From positions 62,001-126,000 of the forward strand of contig NW_020845701.1 in assembly GCF_003704095.1 (NCBI RefSeq): a stretch of DNA of 64,000 nucleotides, given 5' to 3'. The DNA is from Pocillopora damicornis (lineage: Eukaryota). Numbering within the stretch: position 1 is the stretch's first letter; every line of letters begins with the position of its first letter. Under the pieces are notes generated by a model. It was given only the letters and a program-made list of their open reading frames with translations. It did no database searches and was not told the DNA's origin. Positions 10,104 to 22,784 of the stretch are shown one piece after another. The position numbers and the translations under genes were made by a program.

Positions 10104-13100
10104 CTACTGCTCTGGATTCTGGACTCTAAGAACGACTGGCACAGACGTGCAGGGAATCTTTCCTACTTCCGTGATCACCATGGAAACAAAGTGAGGAGGA
10201 GTGACGTCGTAAACTAAGTTTAGAAGGTGAAGTGAGTTGACGTCTCGCCAATCAGATAGTACATCCGGGCTTTCTCTGTCTAGAGGAACTAAATCATCCG
10301 GGTCACCTAAAAAAAACGAGAAGATTATTAGCCTGGATTGGCCTTTATCACTGGCCACTGTCGCTTGCAAGCAGGTCCCCGTGTTTGGTTTTCGCCTCCC
10401 AGCCCCTTTTCCGGCCACAGCCGCCTCTTGTACCATCGGCAGCCGCAGTTATAAAAAGGTATTGAAACTCCTCCAGGAGTGAAGAGAAATAAGATCCACT
10501 CATAGAGGTTTAAGGGTAAAAAAAAAAAAAAGACGTGTCTATCTAAGACTTGAAGTTCACCTTTCTGAGAAACTTTCATTTACTTACTAAGTTCGTTGGA
10601 AACAAAAGAATCTGTTTGAACTCTATCACAGAACTTGTACGTCTCACAGCATACCAGCACTGGGACGTTGGAGGCCTGGGCCATCATCGCCACCATGGAA
10701 GAGCCAACACGTGACTTGACGTAGCCATTGGCGAGCAGGGCATGAGCACCAAGAAAGACTTTTGATACCTTCAGAAATCGAATAGAAAAAAACAGAGAGT
10801 TAAAATAGCTAATCACCCAACCATCTAACGACTGACATTTCGATCTTGTACATTTAAAATACACGATAAGAACACAGAAGAACAAAGCGACAAGTAAGAT
10901 CATAATGGAGTGCTTAGACCAATAAATACAATATTTCGACCAGGACGTCAAGTTCCCGCATCATCCTTCATGCAATTTCACCAGATAGCGCTTTAGAAAT
11001 TGCTGATCCTAACAATACCTAAGACAACCAAGTCACGTACAATACCGTATATCATATGAATGAACCTAATACACATGTAAGGCCTGCATGTTGCTCTTAC
11101 GAAGAGTTTAGAAGCTCAGTTTGCAGTGCATCCCAAGGGTAGTTAAACTATTTCAAAAAAATACTAACCTCTTTGATAACGTACGAGATAGCACTGATCA
11201 ACACGTAGGAGCATCTGATTCCTTCTTTCACCAACCTCCTTAGACATTCTCGTCCTAACAAGAGTGAAACAAGTGACAGTGTGAAAAGGTGTTGAGACTT
11301 AATGACGCATGTGCAATCAGGGAGGGCCCAATAATAAGCGCTCGTCTCCCACCGCAGTGACCTGGGTCCGATTCTCGAGCTTCTCGTCACGTTTAAGTGA
11401 GTTACAAGTACATGTAAAAGTTCATTCTGAATAAATTGAGCAGTGAGTCTTAGTCAATTCTCAAAAAAGTTCAAGCCACTACTGTGAGCAAACCTCACCT
11501 TCAAACTTTGGTCTCGAATCAACAACCACCACTCGGAATTTTTTCCCAGCATTATGCGCATCTTTTAAAATCTTCAACACCAACGAGGAACTAAAAAAAA
11601 AAATTCAAGAGAAATTTCTCCTCATTAAAGTTCTCCTCATTATCTTTGCTTGGGAAATAGACTATACAGGGAAGAATCCCTTCGTAGACATTCTGCAGTG
11701 AGCGTGATGAGAAATCTTTTGAGGTTTATAGGAAGGAAAAAATTTTTGCAAACCAATATAATGGTGGTTTCTGACCGAAGAACCGTAACCAGATCGCCAA
11801 TTTTGACCCCTTCAGCCTTTTTCTTTCAAGAGTGACAAATGAGTAAGTTTCCTTATAGTACCAATGCATCACGATTATCAAACAGACAGGTGACAATTAT
11901 CAAAAATAATATCCGCTGGGGTTATGATAAGATCTGGCACTAAATTCTGTGAAGTTGAGTTATCATTATAGCAAAAATATGGCTATCAGTGTGAAGAAAT
12001 TAAAATGACTGATTCTGGGAGTACAAACACTCCTTACAGCTTTTTCAAGTGGATGAAAAATTTACAGATGCTCTTAGAGAGACTGGTAACTCAAGTCAGC
12101 TATAGAAAAATTCAGCCATACCAAGCATATGTGAGTATCACATCACCATCATTGATCTTGGTTCTTGCATATGACTCAGAGATGGCTACACCAGCCAAAA
12201 TAATTCTTTCTTGGATAAACTTATCAATACTCTGGATAAGATTCTTCTTTGCCTATACCAGAAAAAAAACAGGATGATTGCAAATGTGATATAGTCTGAA
12301 GTGAGTTTTATCCAACAGGTTTTGTGTGTGCAAATAACTAGACCCGTTATGATTTTCTACTTGTAGTAACCTTTCAGCAATGTTAGTAAATTATATACAT
12401 GTATGACAAGTTTGTTTCAGTAAAAAGGAAGAAATCAAGAATTTAATTTTTCATGCTGCAAGAGGGTTAAATTGTCTAGAGAGAGAGAGAGAGCATAGAA
12501 TACAGGAGTCTAACCCAAACACACAGTGTGATATACATGTAATCTTGCCCATTCCTTCTCTGACACCTGAATTGTCATGATCACAGACCAACAGACAGGC
12601 AGACAAACAGACAGAAAGAGAGTTATCCAGCCTCTTAAAGTTGATTCACCTCAGGAGGGGTGAGCCCTAAGACTGAACCAAGTGGCCCCTCTCTGCCTGA
12701 GCTTATCCCCATTTCCCACTACAGTTAACAACCTAACACCCCAGTGAATTTCCCTTACAGATCTCCTGGGTGCAGAGGGGCATTTTAAAGAGTGAAGAGC
12801 ATTACCCAAGAACACAATAAAATGATGCATTCAGTTCTCAAACCCTGACCTCTCAACTTAGTGTCCTGCATGTTAGCCAGAACTGGCCACTTATCTCTCA
12901 CAAAGTCTCCTACAAAATTTACCTCATCTTCTGCCATGTTTGGTGGAGTGTGAGTGATCTGTAGCTTCAGATATTTGATGGCGTTACCCATGCTGACTGA
13001 CAGAGGCCGGCACTGTGTCAAGAAACTAAAAAGAAACAAAATATAAAACTGAAAAAAGATTGTTGATGCACAAGCCATCATGTTCTGTAATGGTCTTTCT

Positions 13101-16100
13101 TCCAGGTCTAACATAAAACATATGTCGATCAAAAAAGTGAAAATTGTGTATGAAAAAAAAATAATAATTACCTTATATTTGGTTTAATTTTTGCATCCAA
13201 GTCCCTGCAGAGTTCTTTTTGAGGGGGAGTAACATAGTCAGCAATTAGCTGTTGAAAATAAAGAGACAAAAAATTAATTCAATGATTTGATAATATCTCT
13301 TACATATGCTGTCAGCGGAGAAAAAAGAGTTTACAGCATGACCAGTCACATATACACACTGTACATTGTAAATGCACACACCAGTTACATCAGTAACACT
13401 CAAGTTACCAGTTCATGTTGTCAAAGTACCTTTTTGAAAGCCAGAAGTAAAGCCACACATCTTGCATTCGATCCACAAATTATTCCTTTGGCATACTGCA
13501 CGCCAAGTTTGATGACAGCTGGGTGAATGGGGGTACTCCCTGATCCCCCAAAACTTTATATGCAGAATGAAAATTTAAAAAAAAAAAAGATAGTTGTGTT
13601 TCAAACCTCACAGTGCAAAGTAGTAGTGTCCTGAATGGGGTTGGCAGTGGCCAACTGTTTGCACATGCAACCAATGAATAAAGGGAGTAAATTTCTGGAG
13701 AAACTCTGGTGTTGCATCTTGAGTGAGGAGAAGGAGGGTGTTTCAATAAAAATTGGTTTTATTAACTGAGTTCATAAATAAATATGAATTAGATTATGAT
13801 TAAATATGAATAAAGCTGACATTTTGAGAAGCATTAGCCCTTTGTCGGAGCAACAATGAAGGAATAAAGCTTGAAATGTCAAAGGTTAAATCTTTCTTTG
13901 GTGGTTAATTCACATTATCAACTAAGTTTAGACAACTAAATTTGTTTGGATACAGTTTTCTGGTGGAAAGATTTGGCCCCAGGTCCTTGCCAAGATCATG
14001 GTGCAAACACTTCACTCTCAGTGCCTATCTGCACCAACAGATATAAAAAAAACAAAAAAATTGGAGAGTGGGTAGGGAGAAGAAAACCTTAATATATTCC
14101 AGGGTTAATCTGTTAGAGGTAGGCATCCCATTTACAGAAAGAGACGGTTTGTAGAAATATTCCTTGTTGTTTCAAGTTAATAAACTTGAAAAACTCTGAC
14201 AGCATATAAACATGATAAACTCAGACAGTGTGGGCCTTTTGGCTGGTATCTAAGACTACTGTACTTATAATCTAGTGATCCACCCTTTTGTACAAATCAC
14301 AAACCTTATTTCTTGCGTTAAGGACACATCCTTTTCATATTGATGCAGATGGGAAAATAAACCAACTTTCTTTTGAGGTGTTGTTCGCTGGGGAACCTGG
14401 CATTAAAAAAAAAGGAAATAGGAAGTCAACATACATGCTTGAGTTACATGTACATCACTGAAACAGAAATTATTAACATAGTGAAGTTTTTCAATAGGTT
14501 AGGTAGTATAATTGCCGCTCTGACCTGCTGTCTTGCCAGTTTCTTGGCCACTTTCTTTTGGACCTTCTCATCATCAGCTTGAAGGTCATGAGCCACTTTC
14601 ATACGATTAGTTCCTAATCATACATAAATAAAAGAAATTAATACATTAAGAGATGAAGAAACAAAGACAAATTGTTGAAACCAAACTTACTGATCAAAGG
14701 TGTTCTCTTAGAAGAGTCACCACTAACAAGGATCCTATGTCAAAAATCTCGGGTGCTGAGCTTTTAAAAGCTAACACTCTTTTACTCTTAGGATCTCATC
14801 GGTAATTCTCCTTTATGTCTTCCATACAATTCTCATTATGCTAGCTCATACAATTTTGTTTTGAATCAACTTATAATCCTCTACCTGATATTTTTCTTTA
14901 TTCTTGTCACTCGTCTGCTTGATATTATATTGATATTGTAAGGAGAAATTCTGTCTTGGTCGTTTGTGGGGTTAAAGGGTAAATGATTTTTACACCATGT
15001 TTTTGCTTAAAAGCAAAGTTATACAAGTCACCTTTATGTAGAGAAGAGATAAACCTAATCATTTGAGGAACCTGAACTCAACTCTTTATGAGCACAGCTC
15101 TAACTAATTATTTTAATTTTGTTTCTTTATGTGTAGAATAAAATCAACTGAGCAAAAAATACCACCCAAATAAAAAAAATCAAAATGGGAGAGGGAAAGA
15201 TGGGAAGGACAAGGAAGCAAAGAAGGAACATGTAAACAAAATGATCCATAACTCCTACAATACCATCAGTGCTTGTCTTGTGTTTTATTCCAGCTTCTGC
15301 TTGTTTTTGAGCCTTTGCTGCTCGTTGCGCTTCCTGTGAAAATTGAGAAAAACAGCACCAATAAGGTTACAACAGCACATTTCCCAATAACAACCTGGGC
15401 CCAATTGTTTGAATGCTGGATTAACTGTATCCAGTGGATGCCACAATACATTTTTTAGACTTTTATCTGCTGGATAGCTTATCTATTGGACAATAGTATC
15501 CGTCCTTTTAACAACAGGGTCCTGCACTTCAAACATATTATTCAGGAATCCTTGGGAGAATATGATTTCCATTGTTGTCAAGAAAAAGCAATAATTAATC
15601 ATTTGATAATCATAAAACAACCGGACAGTATTCCAAAGACGACAACAACAACAACAATGACAACTTTATTTTTACCAAACAGTTAGATAAATAAACAGTA
15701 ATTATAAACAATATAGAGAGTACAAGCTGCTCTTAATAATCTTAGAGAAATAGAAAAATAAGGCAACCACTCTGAGGGGATTAATGATGGAAATTAGGGT
15801 AAGGTACCAATCATGTGCACACACACCACACACCACATAAAACACAAAAAGCACAAAGTCAATAAGATGAAAAAAACAAAACAAAACCAAACAAAAACAA
15901 CCACACACCTGAACAGCTCTTCTCTCAGCTTTTAGCTCAGCCTTGGTCTTCTGTGGCTGTTCACTAACCTCACCTCCCGGCGTGGCTGGCTTCTCATCCT
16001 TACCAGACACTTGTTTATCAACCTTTCCTCCACTGGGCTGTGCACCAGCCTTTTGTTGTTGTTGTTGTTGTTGTTGTTGAGGTTGCTGTTGCTGTTGCTG

Positions 16101-17276
16101 CTGCTTCTGTTTTTGTTTTTTTTGTTGTTTCTTGCCACTTTTTTGTTGTTTGCCTCCCTTTCCTTGCTGCTGACTTTTTGATTGGCCACTACCAGGACCC
16201 TAAAGAGAACAGTGTGTACAATGAAAACTAAACTTTACACCCCCTTAGAAGTAATTTCTAAAAATAATATATAGATTTAGCCAAGCCTAAAAGTGGAGCT
16301 CGCATTTTTTTTCCCCACACATCTCAAGGGAACAACACCTTGCCCCAACCAGGACTAGAAGAACCTGGGTTGTCCAACTCAGAGCTCAGTACACTGACCA
16401 CTGGACTACTAAACAAAGCTGTGGTGTTGGTGTGCCCGCAGTACAGTTGACCACACATGTTAAAAGTAGCACCTTGTACAGGTGTACGGGCGTATGGTCA
16501 TACGGTCATACGGTCGTACAGTCATACAGTTGTACAGTTGCACATCCAATTTTTTCGGCTTGATGGGTTACTACTATTTTGTATAATTGTGGGGCTACGC
16601 CCTGTGAGCTCCGCTATTATTTAACAAAAGGTGATGATAATTTAAGCAAATTTATCAGCTAGAGTGAGTTATCTTAGTAGGACACCAAAATCCCCCAACT
16701 TAGTTATAAAGGAATAAATAGCTGGTAGTAGGGAGAATTAAGAATCAGATCTTTGGAGCTAAAAAGGTAACAAGAGAATTTAGAGGAGAGAAAGAGCATT
16801 GTAAGTTCAAATTCAATGTAAAGGTGAAGATAAAAAATAACGATATAGGGTAAATCTGACGTTGTAGATATTACGAGGTCTTCTAAGGAAGTTTCCGCCA
16901 CTGGGACTATTTGTTTAATTGGAAAATTTTTCAGTTTTCTTTTCAGAATGTGTGCAAAACTTTAAGAGATATTTTTCAGTGCGAGTAGCGATCAAAACAG
17001 ATTTAAAGCGAAGTTAAAAATGTAATTAATTATTGAATGAAGTACTTACTAGATATCGAATAGTTAAATTTTTTCGAGGCAAGACAAGTACTCACAGTTT
17101 CTCCTCCTTCTGTGGCACCTGACGACTTCACTGGCTGACCTTCTCCTTTCTTATCTGTAGGAAAACGAAGAAAAACAAACGTTACTCACTAAACTCACCC
17201 GTTCTTTAAAATGTTCACATGATGCAACGAGAAAACAACCTTTCTCGCCTTGTGAGGGGCCTTGTGCGTCCGCCAT
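10104..17276 (-). CDS. EIF2B4: Translation initiation factor eIF2B subunit delta, multi-exon
   Basis: Phase-consistent 5' exons 17240-17276, 17096-17154, 15909-16199, 15264-15333 and 14525-14613, then further exons to 10104. Motifs include [85 protein letters not shown] and [10 protein letters not shown]...[11 protein letters not shown]. Confidence 0.96.
15397..15522. mobile_element. Degenerate MITE in an EIF2B4 intron
   Basis: Imperfect TIR GGGCCCAATTGTTTGAA / TTTAACAACAGGGTCC with internal TATCCAGTGGAT-type palindromes. A related fragment lies at ~19940-20056. Confidence 0.55.
16053..16103 (-). repeat. Coding CAG/CAA repeat encoding Q7-P-Q9 in EIF2B4 exon 3
   Basis: Reading frame is fixed by the 291-nt phase-0 exon 15909-16199. 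Confidence 0.85.
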
Positions 17277-17760
17277 TTTGGATCAGCGAAACCGCTGACT
17301 GGGTTGTATTCGCAGGCTCTCTTGAAAGATGATGTAATGGTAGATTGGTTACCATGCTCCCATCTATGATCAAAAAAGTTCTAAAATCTTAACCCACGAC
17401 TCGGCTATCCGTCAATGGCCGTAACATTTTCTCACCTTCCCCAGGGAACATTTATCGTGGTATAATATTAAACTAGCACTATTGCACTAGGTACCATCTC
17501 AGCCAATGGGATGCAACAGGCAAAACAGATCGCAACGTGGTTATAGGCGTTTTCACGCGCATGAATCGCTGGTTTCGTGACCTTTGCTTTGATTGGCTGA
17601 ATCCAATTTTACGGTCACAGTCGTCCAAGGGCGTTCTATCGCGTGATCACGGGAGACCTTTTTTTTCCAGTTACGCGAGATCACGGTAACTTGTTGTGGT
17701 GTAAGAATCGTGATCTTGTTGGTTTAACTTAAATTTCTGACTTCTTCTTTGAGAATCGAA
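17277..17760. promoter_or_regulatory. Probable divergent promoter region for EIF2B4 and the SLC46 gene
   Basis: Head-to-head genes, CpG-retaining sequence, several CCAAT/ATTGG motifs (~17344, 17502, 17592, 17602) and repeated TCACG/CGTGA. Confidence 0.5.
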
Positions 17761-18721
17761 GTACAGTGAAGAAGCTAACCCATTTAACATAACTGAGTAT
17801 ATATTTCTACGTTTTTTTCTCTGCATAGTGTTACCTCTAGACTATGGTAAATAAAGCCACAATCGGAACAAGAATCATTGTCGTTTTGAATTACTGGTAC
17901 CAGCAAAATTTCTTTTCAAGATCAACACAAGAGCAATGACTCTATTGGTCAACAGTCGTAAACAAACATCGAGCGATCAATGAAAGCTTGTAAATAATTC
18001 TAAGCCAGGATGTCAAAACTATTTCAAAGATGTCGCCGCTAATACTTCGGTCATCTTAGGTACAAGATAATGGGATAAATTCAAAGGTACGTTGTAAAAT
18101 ATATTTCTATTTGTCCTACTTATTGACTGGGCCTGATACACGTGACAACTCTTTTGATTTGTCATCGAGCGAGAGCTTCACTGGTGCGGGGCAACACGAC
18201 AAGACCGTTCTGAGTTCATATCTGTAGAATTCGACCATCGTGTGCAATGTCTGGCGAAAAAAATTTTTCTCTAAGGGTTTTCTTCATAGTCATATAGTAA
18301 AAGCCAAAATCTATAAAGAGTTCCAAGGCTAACTAAAACTTATGTCACGAGGCGTATTTCATCAGAGTTCGACTCGACGCAATTATCTTCTCAGATTATT
18401 GTTTTATTGAGATTTGCTCCTTAGAGGACGTACACATGCAACAGAGAAAGGTTTAGTTTTCTTAGATGGATCCATACGATGCGATGGACTATGAGAAGCA
18501 GAGACTCAGATCTCCCAATATAAAGCTAGCTTTTTAACTTACCATCTTAGAATAAAAAAAAATTGCAGGCTTTTCCCAATGGCGGGCTCGGACATGCGAG
18601 TGTATTTCATCATTCCGTAAACCCAGGTCTAAACTTTTGCTATCTTAATTTTGATCAGCGATTTTTACTTCCAAGTCTTTCTTCAATATTTTACTATTTT
18701 ATACCATGAATTTCTTTTAAG

Positions 18722-20142
18722 ATGACAAAGGAAACAAAGTCCCTTCCGGAAAAGAGCAGTGAGGAACATTGCATCCATAAAATCACAGTTGAACCAGTGA
18801 TATTTTGTTATGCGTTTGGGATAATTCTTCACGTCCCAGTCATTCAACAGTATATCCACCGACGAATCGCCGAGGAGAAAGGCATTATCTATAACACAAC
18901 AGCTAGTCTAAGTAATTGCGATTCTATGCGAGCCACTCGTAATGGAGAAACTTTAAAAATGCAAAAAGAAGTTCAGTCCGAAGCTTCATTTATGCAACTC
19001 GGTATGGTGTTCTCTGCCAGTGCCCCGTCACTTTTGGTCGCGCTGTTTTTAGGGGCATGGTCCGACCGCGCGGGGCGAAGAAGAGTGATGGCTTTACCCA
19101 TATTTGGAAGTGCAATAGAGTCAGCCATAATATTATGGGTTATCGCGTTCAATCTTCCCATCCAGACGTTACTTTTAGCAGGATTTATAAATGGGTTGTG
19201 TGGTTTCTTCCCAACAATGGTTTTGTCGGTGTTTTCGTATGTGGCAGATATTACAGAAGAGTCCCAACGTGCTTTTCGACTCGGAATCCTAGAGGCAACT
19301 GCCTTTATAAGCGGTATGCTCAGTCATTTAAGCAGCGGTTGGCTAATAAACAAAACAGGTTACAAAGCACCGTACATGATGATTTTATCGCTTCACACTT
19401 TCGCGCTGTTTTACGTAGTTTTAAAACTTCCTGAGTCAAGAGCGAAACATTTAATGGAGAATTCCAACGTAAAAGTGTTCAGTTTACATCACATCCGGGT
19501 CATCATATGCATCTTTACAAACCCTAGATCTGGCGAAAGATGGCGCATGTGCATACTTATGTTTACCTCTGGCCTTATGATTGTGTCCTCGATTGGTTTT
19601 GGCAGTGTCATTGTACTTTACGCCATCGATCGTCCATTGTGTTGTAATTCTATCCTGATTGGCTATTACCTAGCAACGAGCTTCTTTGTGCAAGCTGTTG
19701 GGGCCATTCTTGGACTGAAATTTTTAAAAATGATCTTATCAGAGCATACTCTTATGCAAGTAGGAATGATATCTGTGATATGTTCACTGGTTATGATGGC
19801 ATTTGTTAAAAGCAAGAGAGCGTTGTTTGTTGGTAAGTTTGGCCCAACTTGCATAGCTGACAGTATCTGTAAATTCTGGGTGGGAGGAAAAACATTTGAG
19901 TTTTGGTCCTATAGTGAATTAGTGCAATGAACTTCATAACGCTATCGAAGGGATAGGTCACTGTCCAATGGATAATTGTTAACAACACGCACTGTGCTAT
20001 TCACCTCATAAAGATTAATCCAGTAAATAGCGCTGTCCACCCTTCCAAAAACCGGGATTAGATTGGAGGGATTGGGTTCGAGCCTTACCCTGAACTAACC
20101 AGGAAAGACGATTTATCATACTCATACCCATTGCCTTCATCT

Positions 20143-20182
<40 letters not shown>

Positions 20183-22217
20183 CCAGGAAATTTAAAGTGA
20201 ATTGTAGTCAATAGTAAAGGAAATGCTAGAGAAGGAGGAATTTTTTTTCATGACTACAATCTTAACAAAGAAGGGACCGGCAAACTTTTTGGTCATTTAA
20301 CTCTCCTGAAAACTGGATAAGCTCTTAGGGACTCTCTGGCGGTCATTCTCCTACGCAGACTTTAGTAGTGAGAGCACTCGCCTCTCACCACTGTTGCACG
20401 GGTTCAATTCCAGTACCCGGTGTCTCACGTAAGTTGAGTTTGTTAATGCTCGTCAGGACCCAGAGGAAAAAACCCTCATCAATGCTCCGAGGGTTTTTCC
20501 TCTGGGTCCTCCGGTTTTCCTCTCTCCGAAAAACCCAACAATGGACAGGAAAAGCCACCTCGTGGACTTTATACCGCCAAATAATTATTATTAATAAGAT
20601 GAAAGGTTAACAAATAACTATGGAAAAACGTTGCAAGTCACATAATTATGGTCTAAATGACCGTTAGGTAAAGAGCTAAAACTATAACATGTGAGCATGA
20701 TATGGTCATAGAGAAGTATAGCAGCACGATAATTGTGCCTTTATAATACGCTAAGGAGCACTAAACTTCTTGAATGGGCGTTAGTTCCTTTTGTAGCCTG
20801 TCTTGGTGGGATTCCAACTCCAGTTATCAGAGCCATGATGTCCAAAATGGTTGATCCAGATGAACAAGGTAAAAAAAATGCATAGCTTAAGAATTTATCT
20901 ACGACCTCTACAAATATTCTTTCATCTGCCGAACTGGCATTTCGGGAAAAAAAAGACAAATCCTTCTGCATATGACGAACATGGGACTAATCTTAAAATA
21001 GTGATTAACGATGAATTATTTTGGAAAGGGGCTTTGATTTTGAGGAGAATTCACCCGCTTAGCTTGTTGCTCTCTTGTCTGAGACTATAAAGATTATTTA
21101 GAGGAAAAAATTTGGAACTTTAAGATTTACCAGAAATCAAGGAAAAGAGTACGTTGTCACTTGCCGAATCCCAACTTGCACGTTATTTTGAAAAATTCCT
21201 CTTGTTTTGCTTTTAGGTGCATTGTTTGCTGCTGTTGCGACTCTGGAGACAATTTGCACTCTGTTTGGCGCCGCCCTATTTAACTCAATTTATCCTTTAT
21301 TTTTACACATTGGATTAAATGGGTTTTGTTTCCTTGTCATGGCATTTCTGATGGTAGCTGCCCTTATTTTGACCGAGTAAGTCATCTATTTTCATTTATC
21401 TATTTTTGTGGCATTTTTTCTTCTTCAATTATTTATTATCAAGTCCTTTTTACTACCATATCAGTTCAAGTTAGAGCCTTTGTCGTAAATGATCTCACGA
21501 CAGAGAATCACACTGGTTTGATGGACACTATTTTGTTCTCCTACTCACTAGTAGTTCTGATCTCACAATCAATCAACCCAAATCACCTATCATATTTTTG
21601 ATCTTCCGTCACGAACCTATCAACAAATTCAATATGACGCTTCGGTCACGACAGTCTTGTTCTACACTGAAGGCCTCCTAGGTTTACCGATCGATGTAGG
21701 GTCTTGGGATTCACCGCCGATTTCTCTATTTTTCCCTTTTTTTCATTCATGATATAGTATACTGTTTCTTCNNNNNNNNNNNNNNNNNNNNNNNNNNNNN
21801 NNNNNNNNNNNNNNNNNNNNNNNNNNNNNNNNNNNNNNNNNNNNNNNNNNNNNNNNNNNNNNNNNNNNNNNNNNNNNNNNNNNNNNNNNNNNNNNNNNNN
21901 NNNNNNNNNNNNNNNNNNNNNNNNNNNNNTTACCTTCAGAGATTAAAATTACCAAACCATCATGAATCTCGACTTGAAATGGATGAGTGATTTAAATGGC
22001 TTTCGAAACGTAAATAGTAGATCTGTTAAATTACTGACTAGTAATTACAGCCGCGCTCCGTTCTCGTCAGTGATACATGTACCTATAGATAATACATTAG
22101 AAAGTAATACTGATCATTCTTCCATTGCATTTAATTAAAGGTCTGAAGCCTGAGGGAGTTATCAACGATGAAAAGAAAGATCAAGATTGCCCTTTAAATG
22201 AAGATATAGAGAAATAG
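18722..22217 (+). CDS. SLC46-family MFS transporter (PCFT/SLC46A3-like)
   Basis: Exons 18722-19832, 20785-20868, 21217-21376, probably one lost in the gap at 21772-21929, and a likely last exon 22141-22217. Motifs: ITVEPVIF, GAWSDRAGRR, SYVADIT..RAFRLGILE, IRAMMSKMVDPDEQGALFA. Confidence 0.88.
20143..20180 (+). repeat. Poly-C homopolymer, about 37 nt
   Basis: Directly visible in the SLC46 intron. Confidence 0.9.
20363..20597 (+). mobile_element. tRNA-derived SINE; a related fragment lies at ~11335-11405
   Basis: Degenerate A box, B box GGTTCAATTCC, a central CTCCGGTTTTCC block and an (ATT)n tail. Confidence 0.6.
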
Positions 22218-22784
22218 CTCTTTCAAAGAACCTTGTCTATAAACACGGATCAAATATATGGGAATGTCTAAACTTGATATTTTGAACTGATACTTTTCTT
22301 CAAAAACTACTTTATTAGAAAAACTATTCTGGTACGAAAAGCCTGCAGTTGTATTCTTACCATTTTTTTTCCAATAAAGCAAAGAACTAAGCACTCTGTC
22401 TAAGTTATGATTTTTGATAACGAAGACTTTGAAATATATTCTTGCGATCAGTTTGTATCATTGCTCTCGCGGGTTTCTCGGGGTTCCTTGAAAAGACCAG
22501 TTACAAGCCAAAAAAGTAGGAATGACGTAGGATCCTAAAATTTTTTTCAAAATTTATTTTGCCTCAGGAATACAGATCACATGTGTTTTCTTTCCTCCTC
22601 GTATTACATCTTCCTTTTCTCTAATTTATCACACATGAACATTCAGTCAACACTGAAATACAGAGTTATTATTTTGTGCCCTAAAATCTATGTTACCTAT
22701 CATATTTCAAAAACCTTTCACAAACTGAATACCGGTTTAACTTTGCGGTCAATCCGGCTGCCTGAGGATGAAACAGAAAAGGCA

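Noticed and set aside
15932-16231. Poly-Asn and poly-Val ORFs
   Set aside because: Alternative frames of the EIF2B4 polyQ exon. Splice phases fix the Gln frame.
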